This document shows, piece by piece, positions 32,462-43,396 of a stretch of 64,000 nucleotides of DNA. Source of the DNA: Naegleria gruberi (taxonomy: Eukaryota); NCBI GenBank assembly GCA_000004985.1, contig GG738910.1. The stretch is one strand, 5' to 3'. Position 1 is the first letter of the stretch. Every line of letters starts with the position of its first letter. A model generated the notes under the pieces. The model searched no databases. It was not told the DNA's origin and worked only from the letters and a program-made list of their open reading frames with translations. Made by a program: the position numbers and the translations under genes.

Positions 32462-32928
32462 GTGGGCAAAAACTTCATAAAAAAATATTCAACATTCTGC
32501 TACTAAAGTAGGACATGATGATTTTCGGAGTGGTTTTGCATCATGAAAGCACCAAACTTTCACATCATCATCTCAACATGATCTATATAGTAGTAATAAT
32601 AGTAATTTTTATTGGTGGATTATCATCATGAAATTGGAATTTATTTTTCATCATGGAAAATCACAAGTTGGTACATCATCATCGGATCACTCACCAACCA
32701 TCATCAATGTTATTTGCCATCAATATAATAATAGTATTTGTGGAATTTAATTTTTAGTAATATAATTTTGGTGAAATGTCAAAATTTTCACTAAATTCAT
32801 CATCACTGCTGGATCTACTGAACAAGTTGGAAAACTGTCAATGTAGTATTGTTCGGAATGATCAATAGTAGGTAAGAGAATTTGGGCAAGTTATGATAGG
32901 GATAGGTACATGTGAATTTTGAAAAAAG
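32462..32928 (-). repeat. Dispersed ~470-bp noncoding element, copy 1, immediately 3' of the 29586..32404 gene (opposite orientation to copy 3)
   Basis: The reverse complement of 32462..32928 aligns at roughly 97-98% identity to 57672..58175 (e.g. 'cagtgatgatgaatttagtgaaaattttgacatttcaccaaaatt' is identical in both). The flanking sequence outside these bounds is unrelated. It contains a 38-codon ORF at 32517..32633. Confidence 0.7.
32517..32633 (+). other. Conserved small ORF inside the repeat element (MMIFGVVLHHESTKLSHHHLNMIYIVVIIVIFIGGLSS*)
   Basis: In-frame stop two codons upstream of the ATG. The same ORF is present in copy 3 on the minus strand at 57981..58097 with one amino-acid change (S->T) and one synonymous change. 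The C-terminal 16 aa are strongly hydrophobic (TM-like). Confidence 0.3.
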
Positions 32929-34104
32929 AGCAACAAATATTCTAACTGTTAACTAACATAATCACCTTAGCCAGTTCATCAACATTACATTCACTGCATC
33001 CACTCAACTTTGCATCTAGCATTAGTCATTTTACAAGTATTAAACAGGCCTCTCAAACTCAGCAACATTCCACTAGTCAATTTAAACAATTATATGAAAC
33101 AAATCCTGTCTTGAATGATTCTAATCTACAACTAGAAGAATCAACAACTCTAACCAATCCTCCTTCATTCTCTCTGCCTCCAAAGATTAGTAAGAATTCG
33201 TTTTCGAGAAAAACAATTTCAACTTCATAATTGAGTCTGGATTCTCTTGGTCCAGAAAAAAGAAAGAGGAAGAAGAGAAGCAATTTAATGTGGAAGTGGA
33301 ATAACTCTGTGATTTTTCAACAGAGTGGAACATTAAAGGAAGGTCTGTGATTTTTCAACAGAGAGGTTTCTTTTTGGAAATACATTGAGCATTCCTTTAA
33401 GTGTCAGTTTTCAAGGGAAAAGGAGAACTTGTCCAGTAGATCCAGAATTTATTACTAATGACTTGTTGGTTGGCCCTGTATTTTAGTCAATTAAGAACCC
33501 AAGGCAACCATTGAAAATTGATATTTAGTATTGATTGTATGGATGGTTTGATGATTTGTTTGGATATGATTTCCTTAACTGTAAGAATGTTCAATTCCAC
33601 ATCCGTCCGCAGTGCTAGCAACATTGCTTTGGTTGTATAAAACGACCCTTCTGGAATATTATTAAGGTTGCAATTATTAATATACTAAGGTGGGGTATTG
33701 TTAATCCTAGTTGAACCGTTGATGATTGTTTTGGAAGTCAGGTTATCAAACCAAATGACACTCTATTTAAGACATGATCGTTGAGCTTCAAGTTTGTGTT
33801 TTGGCCTTTGCTAATATTAATAACACTTATTGAAACATGTTGTGGACGCTGTTTGTTGCGTGGTTTTGACTATTAAAAAAGATCTAAAACAATACAAAAA
33901 CAGCTTTTCCTTTTTTAAGTATTTTACTGTGGAGAAGCCATCACCAACAATACTGGTGGTGGTGGTGCACCACCTGCATTGTTTGTGGCATCTTGCTTGT
34001 AATATAGTGTTGGACAACTGTCCGCTATTCATCTCAACAGTGCCTTAAATCACACACTTAATACTTGGTACCAATAATTTCAAACAATAAAAATTCTTCG
34101 TGTG

Positions 34105-37100
34105 ATGATGACGGTGACGGTACTGAGAGGAGTTAAGGGTGCAATCAATACTAACAGCGCAATATGGCACCACCCATGGAAATATTTAAAAATCATATTG
34201 CTTTGTATTTATTGGGTAGTAATTTTAAATAGTAATCATCATGTACAATGTACAGCAACATACAAATCGAAGGTAATTGTGGGAATGACATCATTGAGTC
34301 CTTTGAACAATGTGTCAATCTCAAGTAATTATGTGATTCCCGGAAATATTTATTTAGATAGTACTGCTGGAGTAATGTACACGACCGAAGATGCAAAAAT
34401 TAGAAAGATTACTCTTTCATCGGGTATTATTTCAACACTTGTAGGTTTTCTAGAAGTTTTTAATGGTTGTTAATTTATGTGTAAAAAACAAAAGGTTGGA
34501 AGTGGTAGATTTGGAACAACATATACAACTGATCCTACGACGACTCAAATGCATATGCCAAAAAGCTTAACACTATGGAAAACACACTTAATTTGGATTG
34601 ATGGATATGTGAGAATTAGAAAATTGGATTCATCCACTAATCAAGTTTCGGTAATTTTTGGTGCAGGAAATGGAAACTCTGACAATACTGTTACAAATCC
34701 TCTCTTGGTTCGATGTGGTTCTTCTTTGTCAATAACTGTAGATCCTTCAGATAATATTTATTTTGCAGATTTTGGTAAGTATTAATTCTTTGAAGTTACT
34801 TGACATTGGAAAAGATAATGTGATGGTAAGAAAAATTGACGGGACTACCAATGTAGCTAGTGTTTACAATTATTACCCTAGTGGTTTATTGGGTTATCCA
34901 GTTCAAATCAAATATTGTAATGGAGGCCTTTATGTATATGTAAATGATAACGTTAATTTCTATATTCAAAAATTGACGGAAAGTGATGGAACTGTTTATG
35001 CAAGCGTAGAGGTTGGAGGTGGTTCATCAAAAAGTACAGGTATTTCTGGAACTTCCTATCAAATGGATGCCACTAACTATGTTACCAAGATGGACTGTTA
35101 CAATAATGAGCTTTATTGGAATGCGTACGATTATAGCATTAGAAAACTAACAACTGGTGGAATTGTGGAACAGGTTTTGGGAAATGGATATAGAGGTGAG
35201 TCAGAAGATGGAACCATTACATCATCTTCAATAATTGGTTACATTGAATACTTAACTATTGATCAGGCGAATGGTGATCTTTACTTTGCTGAAAATAATT
35301 ACAACATTAGAAAACTTGTTGGAACTACTTTGTCTTCATTTTTGCATTATAGAAATGTATTGAATGAAGGAAATCCAAAAACTCTTCCATTAGTTACAAA
35401 GGCAATTGCTTTATACAGTGATGGAATTTATTTGGCTGAACCAAACAGTATTAAGTTTTACAATTTAACAAGTTCAACAATTAAGCATTTTGCGGGATAT
35501 TTTTATCTTCCATATAACAACAAAGCCCCAATAGGATCTTTAAATATTGGAGGTTCTTATGTGACTGCTAGATATTCTAGCATTCTATCTATGACATGCA
35601 CTCCAACAGGAGATATCTATTTGAGTGAGTATTATATGAATTTTCATTCAAAATTGATTTAATAGTTGATAATCATTATCCTGGATTTTTTATCAAATTA
35701 CTGTCAAAGAGCACGGGTTTAGTTACAATAGTAGCTGGCACAGCTTCTGCATTAGAGTGTGTTAATGGAAATACTCCAACTGCTTGTGCTATTACTGTAA
35801 GTATTTTTCTCTCATTTATTGTTTCCAATTTTATTCTAGAATGCCAAAAATATACAATATTACAATGGTGAGGTCTATTTTGCAACAGATATCTACATTT
35901 ACAAAATCAGCTCATCAACTGGAAAGATTGAGATTGTTTTAGGAGGCGGTACTTTCACTTCTGATGGTGCATCTTCATCAGCAAATATTGCAACGCTTGG
36001 TACGTTAATTGTCATTCTCTTTCATTTAATTCTTTTATAGGTGCTTTTACGATACGACCATCAGATGGAAAGATATATTACTTTCAACAAATCGGTTTTA
36101 CGTTTTATCTCAAAGTTTTCTCTACTTCAACAGTTACAACACTTTTTACTGTAAGTGTTGATTGAACTATTTAATCTAACTTAATTAAGACCTCTTCTGT
36201 TCCTCTTGTCCCATTCAGTCTTTATGTAAACGACAACGGTTATGTGTACTACACTGATAGTATGACTAATACTGTTAAACTTTTCACACCTACAACAGCT
36301 AATGCTAACACTGGTACACTTACGTCATATGCTGGTAATAGTTTTGGAACATATAATGATGGAGAAACTCTGGCTAATACCAAGTTCACTACACTTGTAG
36401 GTTTGACTTTTTCCAACGATAACAACTTGATGTTTGTTGCAGACGATAAACTCAGAATAATTTACAAGGAGTGTGATGCAAATTATGGTGGAGATTATTG
36501 TAATCTACCCTATTGTTACTCGATTAGATCTGATGACTCCACTGTTTGTAATTCTAATGGAAATTGTACAGATGTTAACAATTGTTTGTGTTCAAATGGT
36601 TTCTCAGGTGCTAATTGTTCTTCTTGGACTTGTAATGGATATTCAAATTCTCTTACAACTGGCTGTTCTTATCATGGTACTTGTACATCATATAACACTT
36701 GTAATTGCTCATCTAATTATTATGGATCTAATTGCTCAATTACAACATGTAATGATATTTATTCTAATTCAAGTGAAGTTTGTTTAGGAAGAGGTATATG
36801 TGCTCAAGTAGACGATTGCCATTGTGAATTTGGTTTTACAGGCAATAATTGCCAAAATTACAACTGCTCTGGAATTGCTTTTGACAATTCCAGTGTCTGC
36901 TCTTCCAGAGGATTGTGTTTATCTCCAAATAATTGTTCTTGTCAAAGTGGGTTTTTTGGAAATGAGTGTCAACACTATAATTGTTATGGAATTCTCGCTA
37001 ATTCGTCTCAAGTTTGTTCCTCAAGTGGTGTATGTTCATCTCCAAATAATTGCACCTGTAATGATGGTTACACTGGTGATGAATGTCACTTGACTTCCTG

Positions 37101-40100
37101 TTATGGCGTTTCTTCCAATAATTCAAAGGTTTGTTCAGGTCATGGAGGTTGCAGCTTTTATAATAATTGTATCTGTGAAAGTGGATATTTTGGAAATGAT
37201 TGCTTCTTCTATAATTGTTTTGGTATTCTGAATACCAATAGTTCAGTATGTTCTGGAAATGGTAACTGTACAATGCATGATACATGTGAGTGCAAAGAGA
37301 GTTTCACTGGATTAAGTTGTAATGTTACAATACCACAAAATAGTCCAATTATTAGTAATATTTCTTTTGGTAACATTACTTTTAATAATACTTCTATGAA
37401 TGAAACATCTTACTTTAACGAAACTCTCATGAGCAACATATCAATGACTAATGGCAGTTCAAATTATATTTCTTTGAGTAATAATACTGTAAATACCACT
37501 TCCTTAAATGATACAGAGTACTTTAATGAAACCAAAATGAACCCTAGCAACATATCAATAACCAACAGTAGTTTAAACTATACTTCTTTAAATGATACTG
37601 CAAATTTCAATGAAACCAAAATGAACAATGACTCTTCTCATAACTCAACTTCTAACACTAATGAAACGGATGTAAATTCTCCCCTCCTTCAACAAAATAC
37701 ATCCACTATCAACAATACCATTCTTAACAATAACGTCTCTGCTGAGTCCTCCCAAATTTATTTACTGGTTTCGTGTTTTGGTATTCTGAATACCAATAGT
37801 TCTGTCTGCTCAGGAAATGGTAATTGTTCAATGAATGATACATGTGAGTGCAAAGAGAGTTTCACTGGATTAAGTTGTAATGTTACAATACCACAAAATA
37901 GTCCAATTATTAGTAATATTTCTTTTGGTAACATTACTTTTAATAATACTTCTATGAATGAAACATCTTACTTTAACGAAACTATAATGAGCAACATATC
38001 AATGACTAATGGCAGTTCAAATTATACTTCCGAAAACTCAACTTTCACCGTTAACGAAACAGATGTAAATTCGTCTCCACAAAATACGTCAACAATCATC
38101 AACAACACCAACCCAACAACTTCTAACACATCTTCTGTTATGCAAAACAGCACATGCTATGGAACCAATTCTACTCTGGTCTGTAGTGGAAATGGAAAAT
38201 GTTTAACTAACCAACAGTGCTCTTGTGACTATGGATACGCAGGTGATGTATGTGAATTGAATACGTGTTTTGGAATTCCTTCTTCTGATAGAGTATGTAA
38301 TGGAAGAGGTGTTTGTTCAAATATCAATACTTGTGAATGTTTTTCTAGAATTGGAGTCAAGATTATGGGAGATGAATGTGAAACTTTGCTTTGCAGAGGA
38401 GTTTATAATGGTGTGGGGTATTTCTTTTCAGATATAGACTCAAGAGTTTGTTCAAACCATGGAAAGTGCTTTATTGATTTAAATAATTCTTCAGGCTGTT
38501 TTTGTGATTATGGTTATTATGGAGATTCGTGCAATAAGTATGATTGTTTCTCGGAGTCAAGCACTAGTGAAAATGTTTGCTCTGGACATGGAACATGTGA
38601 AAGTCCTGATACTTGTCAATGCTTAAATGATGACACAAATGGACATTTTGCAGGACCAAACTGTAATACATGTCATTCGGCATTTTCTGGATCATCTTGT
38701 AAAGACAAGACATGTACTGCTTCAACATGTTTGAATGGAGGTTCATGTGGAAATGAAAACCAGTGTGTTTGTACCAGTAATTTTACAGGACTGATTTGTG
38801 AGGATTGTAAATTAGACCATTATGGGTTAAATTGTAATGTCTATTGTAATTATGAAACTACGTGTAATGGACATGGATTTTGTGATATGTTGAATGGAAC
38901 CTGTTTATGCTTTTCAAGCAGAGAAAATGGATATTGGAATGGAACAAGTTGTAATTCATGCCTTGTAGACTATTATGGCAGTGATTGTTTAACTCGTTTT
39001 GATTCCTTCAATTCAACTTATTCTTCAGCATTATTTGGACAAATTTCAAAATATTTTGATGGAATATCATTCAAGTTATTTGGGCCTTCTTATTCACATA
39101 ACAGCATTTCATGTTCCAAATTAATTCACCCCAATGATTTTTCACTATTTGGTGTAGAACCAAAATGTTATTGGACAGATAAATTGAATGGTGTATTCAA
39201 AATAGAATTTGATAATGATTTTACATTTGACATCACTAAGGTATTGAGTATCCGATTGAATACAAATGTATTCTCCAATACCTTGATTGATTATGGGTAC
39301 ATTAGAATGTATTTGATTCTGTCTGACAATATTCAAGCACCAACAGCAAATATCAAAACCTCAAAAAAACTTTATTCCACGTCTGAGAATATTTATCTTA
39401 GTGCTAGTAACAGTTTTTCAGGAGATAAGAAAGGATTAGAATATTATTGGAGTATTAATGGACAAAATGTACCAATGAATGTTTTACAATCAACAATGTC
39501 AACAAAGGATCAAATTCTAAAAATTGAAAAAGATCAATTAACCAGTGGAACTTTCGTTATTTCATTATTTGTCAAAAGCCAAGTAAGCAAATTGTCGAGC
39601 TCAACTGAGTCAATCACTATTCAAGTTCAAGATGTTGAATTTCCCTCTGTTGTAATTTTAAATAAGGAAATTTCAGTGAAATCAATAGACAAATATATAA
39701 CAATCAAAAAGACAACCTCTATTCCAATATCTTTGAAAGAAAAGGAAATGAAAATAGAATGGCAACAAATAGAAGGACCAACATCCATCAAATTCAAAAA
39801 AGACTCTTACAATAATTTAGTTATTGAACAATTATCAATTGGAAAATGGAAATATGTTTTCAAAGTTTCAATATTTGTTGTTGAAAATCCAACATTAACC
39901 TCTAACGACTTCGTTGTAATCAATGCAGATCAACCAAAACTTTCACTATCATTATCATTGAAACAATCAACAAGAATATCTAATTCTATTCAGGTGAATT
40001 TTCAAGATCCTGAAAACAATTTAGATGAATACGAGCGTTGGAAGTGGACATGTATTGATGTTGCCACGGTTGGATATTGTGGTGATACAATTTATCAAAA

Positions 40101-42357
40101 TCTTGCTTTGAATTCAAAGAATCGCTCCACAATTATTAATCTTTCACAACAAGATTTTCCATCCTATGTCATGAGCCCAACACTTACATTGTTCATTATG
40201 AAGGGAGATAGAAGCGTTTATAGCTCGTTAAATTTAAATATTCAACATTCACCTCCAATAATCAGTGTTATTAGTATTTCACCAAATTTGAGAAATATTG
40301 TAACCAATGATGATAAAATATCAATTGAAATGAAACATCAAGATCAAGATCCCTCCAATTCATCACTCGTAATTAAAACTCAATGGAAAATTGATAACTT
40401 TTTGGTATCTGAAAGTAATACCAAAAAAGTGAATGGAAATGAATTTGAAACAACTAGCTCCACAATCACAACACCTTTTAAGCATCTTAAGAGTTTAAAT
40501 AAGAATAAGTATAGCTCGTTAGTTATTGACTCAAAAGAACTAGAAGAAGGAACTGATCATTCAATTGAGGTCAAAGTTTCCTTTGTGGATAGTTATACCA
40601 ATCAAGAAATGGCCGCCACTTCAAATGTGAACAGTTTCACAAAAGCCTTACCTCCAAGAAAGTGTCCATGTACCATTTCACCAACAACTGGTGTTTCAAT
40701 GAAGACTGATTTTACATTCAGTTGTGATAATTGTCAGAATGAAGATAATACAATTGAAATCAAACAAGGATACATTGATCAAGAAACTGGAATTAAGGTT
40801 TATTTACCATTGTCATTGGATGGTTCCGTTAACATTCCATCTTCCTCTTCTGCTACATCTTCTACCAAAAGAAGATTGGATGATCATTCTGTTCAATTAT
40901 TTGTTGAACTGGGTGACAAATCAACAGGAGAATCCAGAGTAATGTATTCGAATATCACTGTACTACCTCCAAGCCCACCACATCCAACTTTATCTGAAAT
41001 TTTAAATCTTGTTTCAAATCAAACAAGTAAGATCATGTCTACTTCAATTCAAGATGGTAATACAGCAGTTAGTATTGCAGATACTCTTACTTGTATTGTG
41101 TCAACAAGTCAATTATTACAAACACTACCAAGTACTGATAAGGAAACAAGTACTGTCACTCAAGTTCAATCTAAATTATTAGATACATTATCTAGTTCAT
41201 TGCAAACAACTGGATCTGATAGTGTTTCAAGTTCCACAACGTCAATGGCCGTTCTAGCACTGCATTCCGTTGTGAAGAACGAACAAGTAATTGAAAAACC
41301 AGTTATTCAAAAATCAATTACCATTCTAAATAATGTTATTCAATTGACACTTAAAAGTAAGGTTGATATTTTCACACAAACATCAAAACCGCTATTAGCA
41401 ATTGTTGGAAAGTTAAGTGACCAAGTTGCTAAATTTACCCACTTGAAAGAGGAATTTATAAGATACGAGGAAATAGCATCAACGGCTGAGATGATAACCC
41501 TGTCCTATGTTTCTGTTCAACCAGTGAGTGGTGATCCAGCAGCAATTCATGAGAGTGTTGTTAATGCCAAGGCTGACAAAATGTACTTGACTGATTTTTC
41601 AAATGTAATTATATCATCAGCGCCAACAAGCAATTCTAAAAAGAGAGTGAATATTTATCAATCTTTTGTGAATATTCCACCAATGAAAGTTACAGAAAGT
41701 AATGAATTTGCAGAATTGACCTATTCCTACATTGTTAAAGAGCATGTTCCATCGATTTATCAAAAAATTTTACAACAAGAATCAAATAACTCTACCAATG
41801 GAACAAGGTTTGATGTAATTTCATCTGTGAGTGCTTCATTAGCAATTTCATCTCCTCATGCTCACATGATTGAATTTTCTCAAAATTTGACAATTTATAT
41901 TCATGTCAATGATGAAGATTTCTCCACAGCGTCATTGACAGAATATGCATGTGTATTAGTCAATTCAAATTTGGAAAGCGATTTTGAAAATTGTACCATT
42001 TCAGGACGTGACAAGGCAACTGAGTCAATTGCTTGTAATTGTCGATTCATTGATCTACATGTTTCTAATGTAATAATTCTCAAAAACAATAAGCAAAAAA
42101 TAGTACTACAGAACAAACAAGAAGAAGGTCTAGATGATGATGTGTTGGTGATTATAATTGTTGCAATTGTTTCATGTGTTGGATTGTCTATTCTGTCAAT
42201 TTCAATGGTAATGGGAATTTTTGCTTGTTATATGAAGAAGAAATCTAAAAAGATTTATCCTTACGAAAGAAAGGAATTAATTTCACACAATATTGAACAA
42301 CCTACCAAACCTTATGATAATTCATTGATTTCAACATCTTCCATTTCTTTACTTTAG
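34105..42357 (+). CDS. Cluster member 3 (giant, ~2,664 aa): NHL propeller, tenascin-type EGF arrays with N-glycan-dense stalk, PKD/REJ-like module, GPS-like motif, C-terminal TM; 7 exons, approx join(34105..34440,34495..34774,34815..35624,35666..35796,35840..35999,36041..36150,36190..42357)
   Basis: The joined ORFs 34102.., 34477.., 34763.. and 36244..42357 need 39-54-nt introns (donors gtaggt/gtaagt/gtgagt/gtaagt/gtacgt/gtaagt; acceptors aaaag/aaaag/aatag/tctag/ttatag/ttaag). Summed CDS is 7,995 nt (divisible by 3). Splicing restores NHL blades such as ...IYFADFG|DNVMVRKIDG... and ...LSKSTGLVTIVAGTASALECVNGNTPTACAIT|NAKNIQYYNGEVYFATDIYIYKI.... Then ~30 CxCxxGYxGxxC EGF units, the module with ...SASNSFSGDKKGLEYYWSINGQNVP..., ...CPCTISPTTGVSMKTDFTFSCDNCQN..., juxtamembrane ...YACVLVNSNLESDFENCTISGRDKATESIACNCRFIDLHVSNVIIL, TM LVIIIVAIVSCVGLSILSISMVMGIFAC, and a short tail. 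Confidence 0.6.
37217..38028 (+). repeat. Internal direct duplication (~255 nt at 37217..37467 and 37774..38028) flanking a sequon-dense spacer, inside cluster member 3
   Basis: Both copies encode CFGILNTNSSVCSGNGNC(T/S)M(H/N)DTCECKESFTGLSCNVTIPQNSPIISNISFGNITFNNTSMNETSYFNET(L/I)MSNISMTNGSSNY. About 140 nt (approx 37300..37440 vs 37845..37985) look identical. The intervening ~300 nt encodes almost continuous N-x-S/T sequons. Confidence 0.7.
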
Positions 42358-42974
42358 ATTATTCCAATCATCAAGATGTATGTAACATTGCAAATTAATA
42401 AAAACAAAATTGAGAACAAGTAATTATACTAATGGATACTAAAGCTCAGGGACTGTTTCACCTTTAAGGTGATTCAGTCTTGAGACCTGCATTAATGGAT
42501 ATAAATCTTTATTAGCAGGTCCCGAGAATAATAAATATGGCTCTTATAAAAAAACTTATGTTGTGTCTATTAATAATTATCGCACGATGAGCTGTGCCAA
42601 TTTTATTCCTTTCCATTAATAGGATATTTCTCAAGATTTCAAAATCTCGAATACACCATAAAACAGCAAACAATGAATAGAGTACCGACTATGTATTGCT
42701 TACATCCTACCTATATACTTTTCATCATAGGAGACAATGTAGGTGATGTGAAATTTAATTAAAATCAGAAATATCAAAATCTTCATGATTTCAACGAAAC
42801 ACGACGAAATAATTGGCACGGTACATCTACAATAGTACTAATAAAAGTTTATTAATGTTTCAAGATGATTGACTGTGTACTTTTGGCATGAATCATGATT
42901 GGTGACCATGAATAACCCGAAGTTGACAAAAACACAAAATGATGAAAATTGAAAGTTTTCCAAATTATCATGTG

Positions 42975-43310
42975 AATCTGGCAGTGATGATGATTTTAGT
43001 GAAAATATTGAATTTCACTAAAATATTACTATTATCAGATTTATTTCCACAAATATTACTATTATAATGATGATAAATAACAATGATGATGGTTGGTAGT
43101 TGTTCCGATGATCATGTACCAACTTGGATTTTTCCAAATAATAAAATTATGAAGGAAAAATAAAATTATTTCCAAATCATGATGAAAGATTAAATTCCAA
43201 AAATTACTATTAATACTATTATTTAAATCATGATGAGATGATGTGGTGAAATTCTTGGAGTTAATAGATGTGAAACTACTCCAAAAATCAATAGAGTTGT
43301 GATGTACCTG
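42975..43310 (+). repeat. Degenerate partial copy (copy 2) of the dispersed element, between cluster members 3 and 4
   Basis: It aligns in the same orientation as copy 3 (e.g. 'cagtgatgatgattttagtgaaaatattgaatttcactaaaatattactattat...ccgatgatcatgtaccaacttggatttttcc') but with many substitutions and indels. The small-ORF region is disrupted. Confidence 0.5.
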
Positions 43311-43396
43311 ATCAACATATTTTTAAAAAAAATAGAGACAGTTGACAAAACAAAAAAACAACAACAAGCTCATCACCACCTGCTAAATAATTATTT

